DNA of 64,000 bases from Lama guanicoe (GCA_013239625.1 MU054212.1:7352270-7416269), one strand, 5' to 3'. Positions 40,078-52,500 are shown, counted from the stretch's first letter. Made by a program: numbers and translations. Notes: generated by a model not told the origin, from the letters alone.

Positions 40078-42079
40078 GGCACATTCATGTACTATAATAC
40101 TTATAGTCACCAGGAATGATAATTAAAAAATACCTCATGATGCAGACAGTATTCATGGTATATTGTTAGGGTAGAAAAGCTGATGAGATCCCATATACAG
40201 TAAAATCAAACAGAAAATTTTGTATACCTATTTAGATAAACTCAGAAAGATACACTATAAAATGTTATTCTCTGTGGATGCTGGAATTATTTTTTCCTTC
40301 TTTCTCTTCCTGTATTTCCTGAGTTTCTTTTCCTGAATTGGATTTTTTTTTTTTACCCCAGTGAACTACAGTTTGAAATCTGGGCCATGTGAAATTAGGA
40401 AATATTTTGGGCACATAAAGATTAATCTTTGAATGTTATTTGTTAGTGGTACCAGGGTTTATTAAAATAACCAGATAGTATCTGCACAGTGCCTAAGACT
40501 AAAATCTCAGGTGAAAGAACTTACCTTGATGGGTTCAGCTGGATAACCCCGTTTGTTTCTCCTTCCCGGATTCAGTGTTGGCGCTCATCATTGTTGAAAA
40601 GAGCCGCTGCCTTTCCTTCATGCTGTAAGTGTTTGATTTTCATTATTGGAGGGTTTTATTGTTGCTCTTTATATTTGTAGAGAACACAACTTGAAGGAAA
40701 TGAAACCTCTATAAGTGGATAAAACTCCCAGTGTTTGGTCAAACGCTTTACTTGATGTCCAGGGAATTTTAAATAACTATTATTTATCTGCACAAGTAAA
40801 GCTGCTAAACTTTAGTACAAACGGGCCTGGTTCCAAGTCAGTGCTGAATGTAAGGATTTAGTTCCTGGGAGGCCACAGATGCCAGTGACCGATAGGCGGG
40901 GCTCCTGCGTCAGGTGTGCCTGCATCAAGTCGTGGTTTCTGCTCTCACTATCTCTGTGCTCCTGGCAAGCTCCTGCCTCTTCTTGTGTCTCTTTGTTAAA
41001 TGGACTGTGACAATTCCGATCTCCCAGTGTATTGTGGGACGTAAAGGAAATAAGACGCCTTTCCACAGGTACATAATCAGTCAATGCTGACTATGGTTAT
41101 CAGAATGCTCTTTTTACCAAGTGTTGTTCCTTGACACAACTGAAGAAAATTCAGCACCTGCTTGGGTCTGCATTCTCTGTGGTGACTTGAAGAAATATTT
41201 TCTTACGAAGTGTGATGAAGTGATATGTGACAAGAAACTGCTGCTAACTGTCAGAAGTGACAGAAACTTCTATCTGATCTCTGAGTTCGTGATAGTTTTC
41301 TATTGTCTCTTTTGAATGAGAATGTGAACCTGCATCCAGTTTCCCCAACATGCTTTATACAGGGGATGTGATCTGCAGTCTCTTGGGACAGAGGCTGAGA
41401 AAGAACCAGGCTGCTTTTAGGTACAAGTTACAAAGGAAAAGGAAAACAAAATAATACTTCGTTTTGGCCTCTGAGCTCTCCCAGGGAAATGATGGAAGTC
41501 CTGGTACCCTCATTCTTTTAGATAAATGTGCAGAAAGCAGAACATTGGGGGAATTTAGTCCTTGGTGGCTGGGTGTGGGAGTTACAACTGAAGATGAAAA
41601 TGAAATTAAAACTAGGGCACCTTGCTGGAACTTAACGTCTCTAAACTAGTTGCTTTGCTATCACTATTAAGGATTTTTAATGTATATGCCGAACTCAAAC
41701 CTGGGTGTTGCTTTGTGAAAAAAGCAACCATGCCAAAGCCTCAAAAACTAGTACAACAAAACTCAAAGCCCTAGAACAGGCACTAAAACAGGTATGTTTC
41801 TCCCAAGATGTTAAATCAGGAGTGACTAAGAGAGCCAGGTAAAAATGAGGAATAAAAGATAATACATTCTTAAATCAGATTTAAACCATTATATGAAACA
41901 TCGATGGTTGGCTAATCTGCTTCACTCCTTGGAATAAGTCACTGGGCTGAGTGTGGAGATTCTGGGGGACCTTGGGATGTTCTTGAGATAGATTTGAACT
42001 GTCAATTTTGGGCTCAATGCAAGTACAAAGTAACACTTCATATCACTCAGGAAGCCTGTATATTTTTCACAACTGTTGT

Positions 42080-43824
42080 TTTAACACAGAAATCTGTTTA
42101 TTAAACCCAACAAAACAGAGAAAATTATACCAGCCCTCAAGTTTTGAATTTTCGTTTAAATAAGCAAACTCTAAATCCACACCTTTAAAGATGTTTGTGC
42201 ATCTATGTGTTTCCAAAATACTCGTATTTCAATAAGATTTTCACATTATATTCACCAACAGTATCACAAAAGTTCTTTTTTTTTGTTTTTGTTTTTTGTT
42301 TACGTAACTGTAAGGAACAGTAATTCTAGAAACACTAGAAGAAAAAAGCATAGCAATGTCCACAGTTACAAGAAAAAGTGCACATTACTTGGTCACAATC
42401 ACAGTCATTACTTGAAAAACTATAGGTAACAAGTAGTTAAGAAATATCACTGATGCCTTAAACTTATCAAAAAGTGAATGACAAATTTTACAGGAAATAA
42501 GGCAAATTCAGGAATGCACAAAGAATCTGTAATCCAACCGAAGCTAAACGGAGAAAAATTGTACAAGAAAGCATAAACGGATGTACTCCTCCCTAAATAA
42601 TTTAAAAATAGGCTAGCCTCAGTGCACAAAGAAAACACCATTCATTTGTATCCAACACTATAAAATAAGAAAGAAGAAGGGCAAAGTATGGGGAACAGGA
42701 GGGGACAGTTCATTGTAAGTTGCAGCTGCATCCAACTGAGAGTTCTTTACATCATTTTTACCTACAACTGTAAATCATACCAATCATAACAGGAGAGGTA
42801 ATGGTCTTTTTGGAAACTATTTCTGAAAGACAGAAAACTACACACAAGAGTGCAAATTTTCAGATTGTCACTTGCAACCTCTGAACATTCAGTCATCTAC
42901 ATCCAATTGCTGCTAGAGGGGCGCCTGTAAGACAGCAGTGGCCATCTGGGGAGAGCAGCTGTAAGAAACCAAGATGTGATTTTTTTCCCACTGATACGTC
43001 TTTTTTAATATTAAAAAAATTCTGTGGTGAAAATCACTACGGTAAAGCTGCAGTGTTGAGTGGGATGCTTGAGACCAGCATGAGTGTAGAAATGCAGGCT
43101 TCTCTCGGAAGTAGTTGCTGATGTGACGATTTAAAAGAACGTAGGCAAGGTTTGTTTTTTTGTTTGTTTTTTGTTTTTTTTTTTCTCTTTTTCCCCAGCA
43201 TCAAGTGTTATTTTTGTAGAAAGAATTTGGAAAGAGGAGAAGGCCAAGGGATGTGGAAAAGGTACTTACAGTAGTTCCTCAAAACAGTTTTCTTTTAGGA
43301 CCTATGAAAAAGTTACCAAAGTAAAAATGACAATTTTGAATGAAAAACAAGTTTTCTTTTTATAAAAATTACATATATATTTTTTTAAAATACAAGATCC
43401 TTTTCATTGTTATATCCAGTAGCAACAAGAAATTTTGGCTTTTTTTTTTTTTTTTGCCAGATACTGTAACTTTCAGTCCAGTAAGTCAGTAGCAAATTCC
43501 ACTAATATTTCAGCTGGATCTTGAACTATCTTTTATACCACAAGCTTCTTCTGTTTTATCCTTGAATTAGATACACAGCCTTTTTTTTTTTCTTTTTTCT
43601 TTTTTTTTTTTTTTTCCCCCGAATTATCTCAAGTACTTCAGAGGTCACAGTTCCTTTGAAGCACCTTAACATTATCACTTTAAGGATCAAGGACAATGTG
43701 GCATTAATGGAAGTATTTCTCTTAAGACTGTGCAGTAAGACCAGACGCATCTCTGCTGGGAAATCAAAATGTCATTAGTGGAAACTGCAAATTTAGACCT
43801 CGGTCAAGAGGATCATCATCAGAC
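42080..43824 (-). other. NOL4: NOL4 3'UTR
   Basis: Lies between the TGA stop (43827-43825) and AATAAA (42102-42097). AU-rich and free of recognisable interspersed repeats. Confidence 0.75.
42097..42102 (-). terminator. NOL4: Polyadenylation signal AATAAA of NOL4
   Basis: Plus-strand tttatt (AATAAA on minus) ~1.72 kb after the stop, at the end of a TE-free UTR-like block, with GTTGTG downstream on the minus strand. The cleavage site (~42080) is inferred. Confidence 0.7.
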
Positions 43825-44018
43825 TCAGTTCTGTTGTAAAATAAGGTTTTCCAGTTCATCCGCAGAACGCAATAGAAATGCAGCTGATTCTCGGTATCCT
43901 GCAACAAGCTGTCTCACAGCATTGATTTCAGTTGGACTCAGCTGGGGTCTGGAGCTTGAACTGCTGGAGGATCCTGAGCTGGTCGCCAACTGCCTCTTCA
44001 TGCTGAGATCGGTGGGTC
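43825..44018 (-). CDS. NOL4: Nucleolar protein 4, terminal coding exon (partial CDS; upstream exons not found in window)
   Basis: Translates to (G)[63 protein letters not shown], which I recognise as the NOL4 C-terminus (NOL4L has a different, Thr-rich linker). Acceptor tggtatttctAG| at 44020-44019, phase 1. Confidence 0.95.
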
Positions 44019-44369
44019 CTAGAAATACCATCACAAATTAGAAACAGTTTTTCTTCTAGTATCTTGAACATGAGCACTAAAGAAATGACTGTTGACTTAA
44101 TTCGCCTAGTCTTTCATGAGGCGCTACTGATACCTTTAATCAAATAATCTGCTCTCAAAGATGGAAGAAGGACATGATGGGTTTTCTTCAATTCCCTGTC
44201 CAGCCTTGGGCAGTCACCTCTTACTGGAGAAAGACAGTGAAGACCTTCTCTTAACATGTGCTTTTTGGAAAGTTCAATGTTAGGTCTACCTTCCACCCGT
44301 AGAAGCATCTCGATAGTAGTGGAAATTGATGGGGATCACAAACATTCTTTATTTGCTACATTCATTAAA

Positions 44370-44560
44370 TAATTTGGACCCCATCAGTTCAGGCTAAGGA
44401 CCCTAGATTATAAACCCCTCCGTTTAGAACAAAGGAAACTGAGCACTGGGGGAGTTCAATGTCATGTTTACAGGTTAATGACTTCCAAGTGGTACAGTAA
44501 GGACTTGTGTTGCAAGGTTTATTTTTTTTTTCCATTTCAGGCCAATGCTTTTTTCCACCA
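44370..44560 (-). mobile_element. MIR SINE, degraded
   Basis: 'aaaggaaactgagcactgggggagttcaatgtcatgtttacaggttaatg...aagtggtacag'. Confidence 0.55.
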
Positions 44561-45604
44561 GGCTCATTAGTATTTAAAAATGTGAATATATTAGACTAAC
44601 ATTTGCTTTAGAAATATTATCAGTATATAATTAGTACAAACAATACCACAAAGAAACTAGACTCACTATACTGCTTTAGGTATTGTTAAAGTTACTTTCA
44701 TATTTATTTGCACAAAACATGTGTCAATGCCTTTTCCTTATACATATTTAACTCACTCATATAGGTCTGCTCTTTGATGACATTTTGTAAATTTTTGCTG
44801 AAGAATAATTTATAAGGTGACTTAAAAATCTTCAAGTATTTGTGTTAAGATGTTTCCTATTCTTAGATTATTAATAAGGTTTTATTATATACTTAAGCAT
44901 TCATTTTTTATAGTTCTTACCTTTCATTAAGCAATTGCCATAATAATCATTAACTTTGCAGTGGTAAACTTAAAATCCTTGAAAAAAAATATTACTAAGT
45001 ACATAACTAAAGGCAAGCTCAAAACCTACAGTGATTCTTTAACTTGAAAGTATTAGAACAGATTTTTTTCTAAACCTAATTTTTCAGATAATAGTACTCA
45101 TTTCATGAACTAAACAAGGGATTTTTTTTTTGTCCTTCAAGTTCTCCTTGAGGCATCACGGAGACAGGTCAGGACCCAACCCCTTCCACCCTCTCTCCCA
45201 AAGGGAGCAGAGGACTTCTGTCAGCTAGGAGGCAGATGTCCCATAAGAGGGACATAGCTTCACTTGGAATTTAATTAGGACAGAGACAAGAGCTGCACAC
45301 AAGAACTCTGACATCTGAGAGAAACTTATCTCCACTTCTGCCACAGCCTTTCAAAGCTCTGATTTTCCTAGCAGGAGTTAGCTGCCATTTGTTCCGCTGT
45401 TTATAAAATCATGACACAGACATAAACTAAAAGGGAGAGGGACGGGGAGGTCACACTTGCAAGGAGGAATACTGAACAAGGAAATCATTAGCAGCAATTA
45501 CTTGGAAAATCTGAGTGGATTAAGAAACCATCATGACATAAGGGTTTTGGTCTCTCGAGGAACTCCCTTTAAATCTTCTTACATTCAAGAATCCTAGTAT
45601 AAAT

Positions 45605-45905
45605 CTTTTTTCCCTTAAAAAACAGCTTTACTGAGATATAATTCATATACAGCAGTTCACCCATTTCAAGTGTATAAGTCAGTGGCTTTACGCATATTCA
45701 TTCAATTTTATACCATTTTCATTATATTAAAAGAGACCCCCCCACCAGGCTTTAGCTACCGTTCCCTTTTCCTCCTCCTTCCAGCCCAAAGCAACCACTG
45801 ATCTATTTTCTGTCTCTACAGCTTTGTCTATTCTGGAATTTCATATAGATGGAATCGTATACGGTCTTTTGTGACTAGCTTCTTTCACTTAACTTTTTTT
45901 TAGGA
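45605..45905 (-). mobile_element. L1MB-like 3' end fragment
   Basis: 'aacagctttactgagatataattcatatac...gcaaccactgatctattttctgtctct...ttctggaatttcatatagatggaatc'. Confidence 0.82.
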
Positions 45906-46882
45906 TTTAGTGCACTTAAATTTTTGTTGAAGTATATAGGCAGCTTACAATGCCACGTTAATTTCTGATGCTAGTATAAACCTTTATGAAAGCAGAGAGA
46001 AGATTTTCCTGTTACGTAGTGTCTAGTTGGCTGATTGTCATTATTGCATTAGAAGGTGTGACATTTTTTAATGGTTCTGCTGCCAAGCCAAGTTGTCAAC
46101 TGGCATCCTGAGCTGGAATTGAAAAAGGGTGGCGCTAGGCTCCAGTTCTTTTTAGGAGCTGAGAAAGGTGGTAATTTTATTCTAATATGGATAACTCTCC
46201 ACCCCCGGCTCAAAGGTATACACTTCCAAACTGGGACATGGCTTTTGGCTTCTTTCCCATCATTATTAACGCCGGCAAACTCTGGGTAGCTCAATAATTT
46301 AGAAGCCATTCACAGCTCTGTGACTTTCAGTTCCGGATGAAAGTTGGCTTCATTACCTTGGTTTCTTTTGGCTCTCCAGGATCAGGACTGAGAATATAAA
46401 GCAAAAGTACAAGGAACTTTTTGCTGAGCATTTATTATTCAAATCTTCGGAGTTATGAGGTCGGAGTGTGAAGCAAAAAAATTAAATATTGACAAATGAA
46501 TAAATTCTGTACGTAATGACTCCTCAAAGAGCCCTTCCCTGTTCGTTTCACCAGTGTTTGTTTCTGCCTGAGTCAATGTCAGGCTTGATTGGTCTGGCTT
46601 AACCCAAACAATATAATGTAATTAGAAAGCCTGTCCGTTATATAGTAAACATTTCACATTCTGAAGATGCTGAATCTAAAGAAGTGAAGGAAGGTGTTCT
46701 TGGAGACCTGATCGAATCACAGACAAGGCCACTGAAAAGTGTGTTTCTGGAAGAGCAGGTCCACTTAACAGGAAAATGGGCAAGGATAATGACACCTTAG
46801 GTGCTTCGAGAGAAGATGATTTGAACATCAAATGCTAATGCCAATATTCAGGAAACGTGACTAGGACAGTTTTATATAAGTA

Positions 46883-47103
46883 CAGCTGACCCTTGGACAT
46901 GTGGGAGTTAGGGGTGCCAGCCCTCTGCCACGGTTGAAAATTTCCGAGTAACTTAGAGTCTGCCCACTGCATCTTTGATTCCTCGGCATGTACAGAATCA
47001 ATCAACTGCAAATAGTGTAGTACTATAGCATTTGCTACTGAAAAACGTCTGTGTAGGAGAGGGGGCCACACAGTTCAAATCCATATTGTTTAAGGGTCAA
47101 CTA
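46883..47103 (+). mobile_element. MER8-like TcMar-Tigger MITE
   Basis: TIRs cagctgacccttggaca / tgtttaagggtcaacta with TA on both sides. Internal text matches MER8. Confidence 0.88.
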
Positions 47104-47144
47104 TACTGACATTTTAACCAAAATGATGCAGATCTTCAAAAAAA

Positions 47145-47415
47145 ATTTTACTTAACTGAAGTATAGTTGATTGACAATGTAGTGTTGCAGGTGTACAACG
47201 AAGTGACTCAGTTATACATACATTTTTTTTCATATTTTCCATGATAGGTTATTACAAGATATTGAATATAGTTCCCTGTGCTTTACAGTAGGTCCTTGTT
47301 TATCTGTTTTACATACAGCAGTGTGTATGTGCCAATCTCAAACTCCTAATTTATCTCTCTGCAGCTCTCCTTTCCATTTTGGTAGTCAGTTTGTTTTGTG
47401 TCTATGAGTCTATTC
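47145..47415 (-). mobile_element. L1 3'UTR terminal fragment (cetartiodactyl-type)
   Basis: 'gaagtatagttgattgacaatgt...ataggttattacaagatattgaatatagttccctgtgctttacagtaggtccttg'. Confidence 0.85.
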
Positions 47416-47784
47416 ACTTTGAATAGCTGAATAAGAGATAAAAAATATTTCATGCTAACATGCAGTGATGTTGGATAAGTTAAGAGCCACTAAAACCAGC
47501 CCTACATTTTTTTTAAGACTTGGGGCCACTTAAATTATAAGTAAATTCTAATTAAGTGAAACTATAGACCCATAATTCTTGTTTTCAAATTACATATAAT
47601 TGAAGACTTTCCCCCTATGTATGGTACATTTTTGGTTCCAGTTTTAATTAGAATTACCTTTGTGGTTTTATTTTGCTGTCAATTATCCATAGACAAGAGA
47701 GACCCCTGAACAAAGTGTGGAGCAAATAAAAATTAAAAAAAAAAACCTTGACAACAATTTTATTATATATACTGAGGAAGAATG

Positions 47785-47900
47785 CAAGACCTATGAAGGC
47801 AGGAAACCTTTGTGTCTTATTTACCACATTGTTTTAGGTAGCTCTGGTGGTGCATGGCACAAAATAAGGCTCGATAAATACTTTTGTAATAAATGAATGA
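47785..47900 (+). mobile_element. L2 3' terminal fragment
   Basis: 'atgaaggcaggaaacctttgtgtcttatttacc...tggcacaaaataaggctcgataaatacttttg...atgaatga'. Confidence 0.65.
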
Positions 47901-48410
47901 GAAATGCCAGATACTTTTTACAGCCAACAATTGAGAAATGGAGAGTGAGTGATGTTATTAATACCGCTGGTTAAAGGAAAACCAGTTAGACACAGAACAC
48001 AGTAGATTTAATGCAACTCATTCAAGTAAAGTTACCTCTAATATATGGGAACATTACTATTGCTATAAAAGTCACCATCTAACGTGGTGAAAAACATAAT
48101 CTAAGTAGAATTGCTTATCAAAGTACTTTCCACACGAACGTTTGCTGAAAAAGAGAAAAAGTTATTGCCCATTTCCTAAATAAGGTTTGTTTTACCAGGA
48201 AATGTTTCAGTGAGTCTTGTGTTGGACATAAAATCTGTTCTAGCTGCATGCAACCTTCTCCTCCTTTTCTCCTTCACCTACACCCTCCACTCCCAAGTCG
48301 TGGCACTCTGAAATGTTTGGGTAACTGGCAATTCATTTAATGATTTTAAATAAGTGAGTGACATTTTCAGATTCAGGCCTTTAAACATGATGGGCCAGAT
48401 AGGAAAATTT

Positions 48411-50260
48411 TTTTGTATATATATATATATTTATATTTTTGTATATATAGACATATATATTGTTTATTGAGGCATAGTCAGTTTACGATGTTGTGTCAAT
48501 TTCTGTACAGCATAATGCTTCAGTCACATATGAACATACATATATTCGTTTTCATATTCTTTTTCACTGTAAGTTACTACAATATATTGAATATAGTTCC
48601 CTGTGCTATATAGTAGGACCTTGTTGTTTATCTATTTTATATAAGTTAGTATCTGCAAATCTCGAACTCCCAATTTATCCCTTCCCACCCCCTTACCCAC
48701 CCAGTAACCATAAGTTTGTTTTCTACGTCTGAGAGTCTGCTTCTGTTTTGTAAGTTTTTTTTTTCTTTTTTTTTTTTAGAATTCACATATAAGTGATATC
48801 ACAGTATTTTTCTTTCTCTTTCTGGGTTACTTCACGTAGAATGAGAATTCTAAGGTCCATCCATGTTGCTGCAAATGGCATTGTTTCATTCTTTTTTATG
48901 GCTGAGAAGTATTCCATTGTATAAATATACCACATCTTTATCCAGTCATCTTTTGATGGACAATTAGGTGTTTCCATGTCTTGGCTATTGTAAATAGTGC
49001 TGCTATGAACACTGGAGTGCATGTATCTTTTTGAATTAAGGTTCCCTCTGGATATATGCCCAGGAGTGGGATTGCTGGATCATGTGGTAAGTCTATTTTT
49101 AGTCTTTTGAGGCATCTCCATACTGGTTTCCACAGTGGCTGCACCAAACTACATTCCCACCCACAGTGTTGGAGGGTTCCCTTTTCTCCACACCCTCTCC
49201 AGCATTTATGGTCGGTGAACTTGTGAATGATGGCCATTCTGTCTTGTGTGAGATGATAAATCATTGTAGTTTTGCTTTGCATGTCTCTGATAATTAGTGA
49301 TATTGAGCATTTTTTCATGTCTATTGGCCATTTGTGTGTCTTCATTGGACAATTGCTTGTTTTGGTCCTCTGCCCATTTTTCGGATTGGGTCGTTTGTTT
49401 TTTCTTATTAAGTTGTATGAGCTATTTATATATTCTTGAAATTGAGCCTTTGTCAGTCACATCATTAGCAAATATTTTCTCCCATTCTGTAGTTTGTCTT
49501 TTTGCTTATGGTTTCCTTTGCTGTGCAAAAGCTTATAAGTTTAATTAGGTCCCATCTGTTTATTTTTGCTCTTATTTCCATCGCTGAGGAGACTGCCCTA
49601 GGAGAATGTTGCTAAGATTTGTGTCAGAAAATGTTTTGCGTATGTTTTCTTCTAGGAGATTTATCATGTCTATTTTTTCTTATATTTAACTCTTTAAGCC
49701 ATTTTGGATTTATTTTTGTGTATGGGGTGTGGGAGTGTTCTAACTTCCATTGATTTACATACTGCTATCCAGTTTTCCCAGCACCACTTGCTAAAGAGAC
49801 TGTCTTTTCTCCAAATATTCTTGCCTCCTTTGTTGAAAATTAATTGACCATAGGTCTGCAGATTTATTTCTGGGCTGTCTATTCTGTTCCATTGATCCAT
49901 ATGTCTGTTTTTATGCCAATACCATGCTGTTTTGATTACTGTAGCTCTATAGTACTGTCTAAAGTCTGGGAGGGTAATTCCTCCAGCTTCATTCTTTTTC
50001 TTCAATATTGCTTTGGCAATTCTGGGTCTTTCATAATTCCATATAAATCTTAGGATCATTTGTTCCAGTTCTGTAAAAAAAAATGTCCTGGATAATTTAA
50101 TAGGGATTGCATTAAATCTGTAGATTGCCTTGGGCAGAATGACCATTTTAATGATATTGATTCTTCCAATCCAAGAGCATGGGATATATTTCCATTTCTT
50201 TAAGTCTTCATTAATTTCCTTAATCAATGTTTTGTAGTTCTCCATGTATAAGTCTTTCAC
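48411..50260 (-). mobile_element. Relatively young lineage-specific L1, 5'-truncated (ORF2 C-terminal third + 3'UTR + TA-rich tail)
   Basis: 188-aa open segment [15 protein letters not shown]...[30 protein letters not shown]...[15 protein letters not shown] and the C-terminal [26 protein letters not shown] motif of ORF2p. Confidence 0.97.
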
Positions 50261-50304
50261 TGCTCTTATTTGTGATTTGATGATTTTCTGTAGTGGTATG
50301 CTTA

Positions 50305-50990
50305 GATACCAAAACCAGACAAAGACACCACAAGAAAAAATTACAGGCCAATATTCCTGATGAACATAGATGAAAAAATCCTTAACAAAATATTAGCAAA
50401 CTGAATTCAGCAATATAGTGGGAGGAGAACACGTCATGATCAAGTATGAGTTCAAATCCTGCAAATCAATCAATGTGATATAACAAAAACAAAGGATAAA
50501 AATCATATGATCAAATTAACAGATGAAGAAAAAGCATTTAACAAAATTCAACATCCATTTATGATAAAAAGTCACAAAAGGGTGAGTACAGAGGGAATGT
50601 AGCTCAACATATTAAAGGCCATATGTAAGCCCAAGCTAACATCAAAGGTGAAAAGCTGAGAGCTTTTTCTCTAAGATCACCCACTCTCACTTTTACTCAA
50701 CATAGTACTGAAAGTCCTAACCAGATAAATTAGGCAAGAAAGAGAAATAAAAGGCACTCAAATTGGAAAGGAAGAAATAAAACTTTCACTAGTTGCAGAT
50801 GCTATATTATGAATAGAAAACCCCAAAGATTTCACCAAAACTGTTAGAATTAAAAAATTCAGTGAAGTTGTAGGATACAAAATGAATATACAAAAACCTA
50901 TTCTGTCTCTATATACTAATAATGAACTATGAAAAAGATAAATTAAGAAAATTATCATTTACAGTTGTATCAAAGTGAATAAAATATATT
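50305..50990 (+). mobile_element. L1 ORF2 RT fragment, opposite orientation to the adjacent L1
   Basis: 'ataccaaaaccagacaaagacacc...ttacaggccaatattcctgatgaacatagatg...aaagcatttaacaaaattcaacatcc'. Several small deletions. Confidence 0.9.
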
Positions 50991-50994
50991 TTGT

Positions 50995-52500
50995 AATACA
51001 GGTCTACTAAAGAGAATGAAATTTTTTTTTTCTTAGAGGAGGTAACATTTTGCTTAATTTGGGTTCAAATCTAGTTCCCTATCATCAAAATTAATTGTGT
51101 GTCCTCTGGCTAAGTTGGATCTGTACAGAGATTTTTCTCTATTTCACCTATGAAAATGTCTTCTAGACAGGTATTTTCCAAATACTGATATCAGCCCACG
51201 AGAATGATTTTAATTAAGCATATCCATCATGTGGAAATCATTGATAGCATTCTATTAGATTCTTCTCTTGATACTTGATTTTATATGTCAATGCATGCAG
51301 ATTAATGACTTTCAAATGAAGATTAAGCTGGAAGCTCTTCAACTGAACACTTAGAGGATTTTGAAATACGGGAAGCTGCTTTTCAATTGCATCAAGGTCC
51401 AGAAAAACACTGAGCCTGTAGTATGTGCTCATAAATACATCCATTGGAAATGTGATTGGGAATGCAATTTTAATTTCTTGTTTTAACTTTGACAGTATGG
51501 GAAGTTTATAGAGCAGCTAACCATTAATTGTGATTCAGACAATGTTGGTTATTAGCAAAATGGCTTTACCACTACATAAGCTTCACATATAAGCAATGTT
51601 TTGCCTTGTATTTAGAGTGAATCCATCAAACGTTAATTCTGCAGCAAATGCTAATCTCCAAAGCCATTCAGTGTTTGATAATAAATCTTGAGGGCAGTTT
51701 TTCTTGTTCAGCAATAAAATTTTTACCACTAAGCCATCAAACTGCTGTGTGGTAGAAGTTAGAATATTTAGATTCTGACAAAATTTCACAGAACTGATGA
51801 TAATTAAATAGATGAGGACAAATGAAGTTTAAACTTGATACCACTGTTTCAGTAACACTTGCTAGACTGAAATGTTTTCCACAATGTATCTACTGGTAAA
51901 TAGTTCAAGGAATAACCATATGCCTTACATAAAAGCAATTCTGTAATTTTATCCAAATAAGCCTCTTTTTGCTTCATACATCTTAGAAGGTGCCACCTCA
52001 GGTTTTACTGAATTAGTTTTTTAACTTTGAAAACACACTTAGCAGAAGTTGTTGCACTCATACCATTCATCGATGCTAATTCTGTCACTTCAAATTCATT
52101 GATTCCTCGAATAAGCAACAAAGCAGTATCAGAAACACCTTAACTTATTCAGAGACAAGGGGAACCACTTGAAATCAGTTGCTTTTTTAATTAACTATTG
52201 ATATTGCCAATATCTCAATTTCTTCAACCCCTTAAGCACTGTTTTTGCTATACTGCTAATAGTCAAACAAGTTTATTTCTCTGGACACATTTCTTTAGCT
52301 GCTTCAGCCCAACACTATTTAATAAATTCACCATCAATGAGTGAAGTGATTTTTTTTCCTAGTTTGATTAATATATGAGCCACTTAGTTTAATTGCATGT
52401 TCTTTTTATATTTCGATCAGGTGGTTTAATACAAGTATTCTGATAATATTTTCATACTTTTCTGCCAAACAGTGAAAAAAATTAACCATTATTCTTCAAC
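50995..52500 (-). mobile_element. Charlie1-like hAT transposase remnant
   Basis: Minus-strand fragments EWLWRLAFAAEL, VFQNPLSV, KYQEKNLIE and DGEFIK*CWAEAAKEMCPEK resemble Charlie/Buster transposases. Disrupted. Confidence 0.8.

Noticed and set aside
42908..42926. Weaker CTCF-like strings (also ~429-441 and ~13269-13283)
   Set aside because: They have mismatches or an extra base in the core and cannot be distinguished from chance without a scan.
43556..43750. ORF with a poly-lysine, NLS-like tail
   Set aside because: It is the translation of the A-tract in the NOL4 3'UTR and has no other coding features.
44019..44034. N-terminal 'MMVFL' of the 69-aa ORF as a standalone small protein
   Set aside because: These codons are the intronic acceptor region. 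The NOL4 match starts after the AG at 44020-44019.
43769..44041. 90-aa antisense ORF overlapping the NOL4 exon
   Set aside because: It is a shadow ORF of the coding exon, with no promoter or homology support.
49694..50260. 188-aa ORF, the longest in the window, as a host gene
   Set aside because: It is a piece of L1 ORF2p in a 5'-truncated, frameshifted element.
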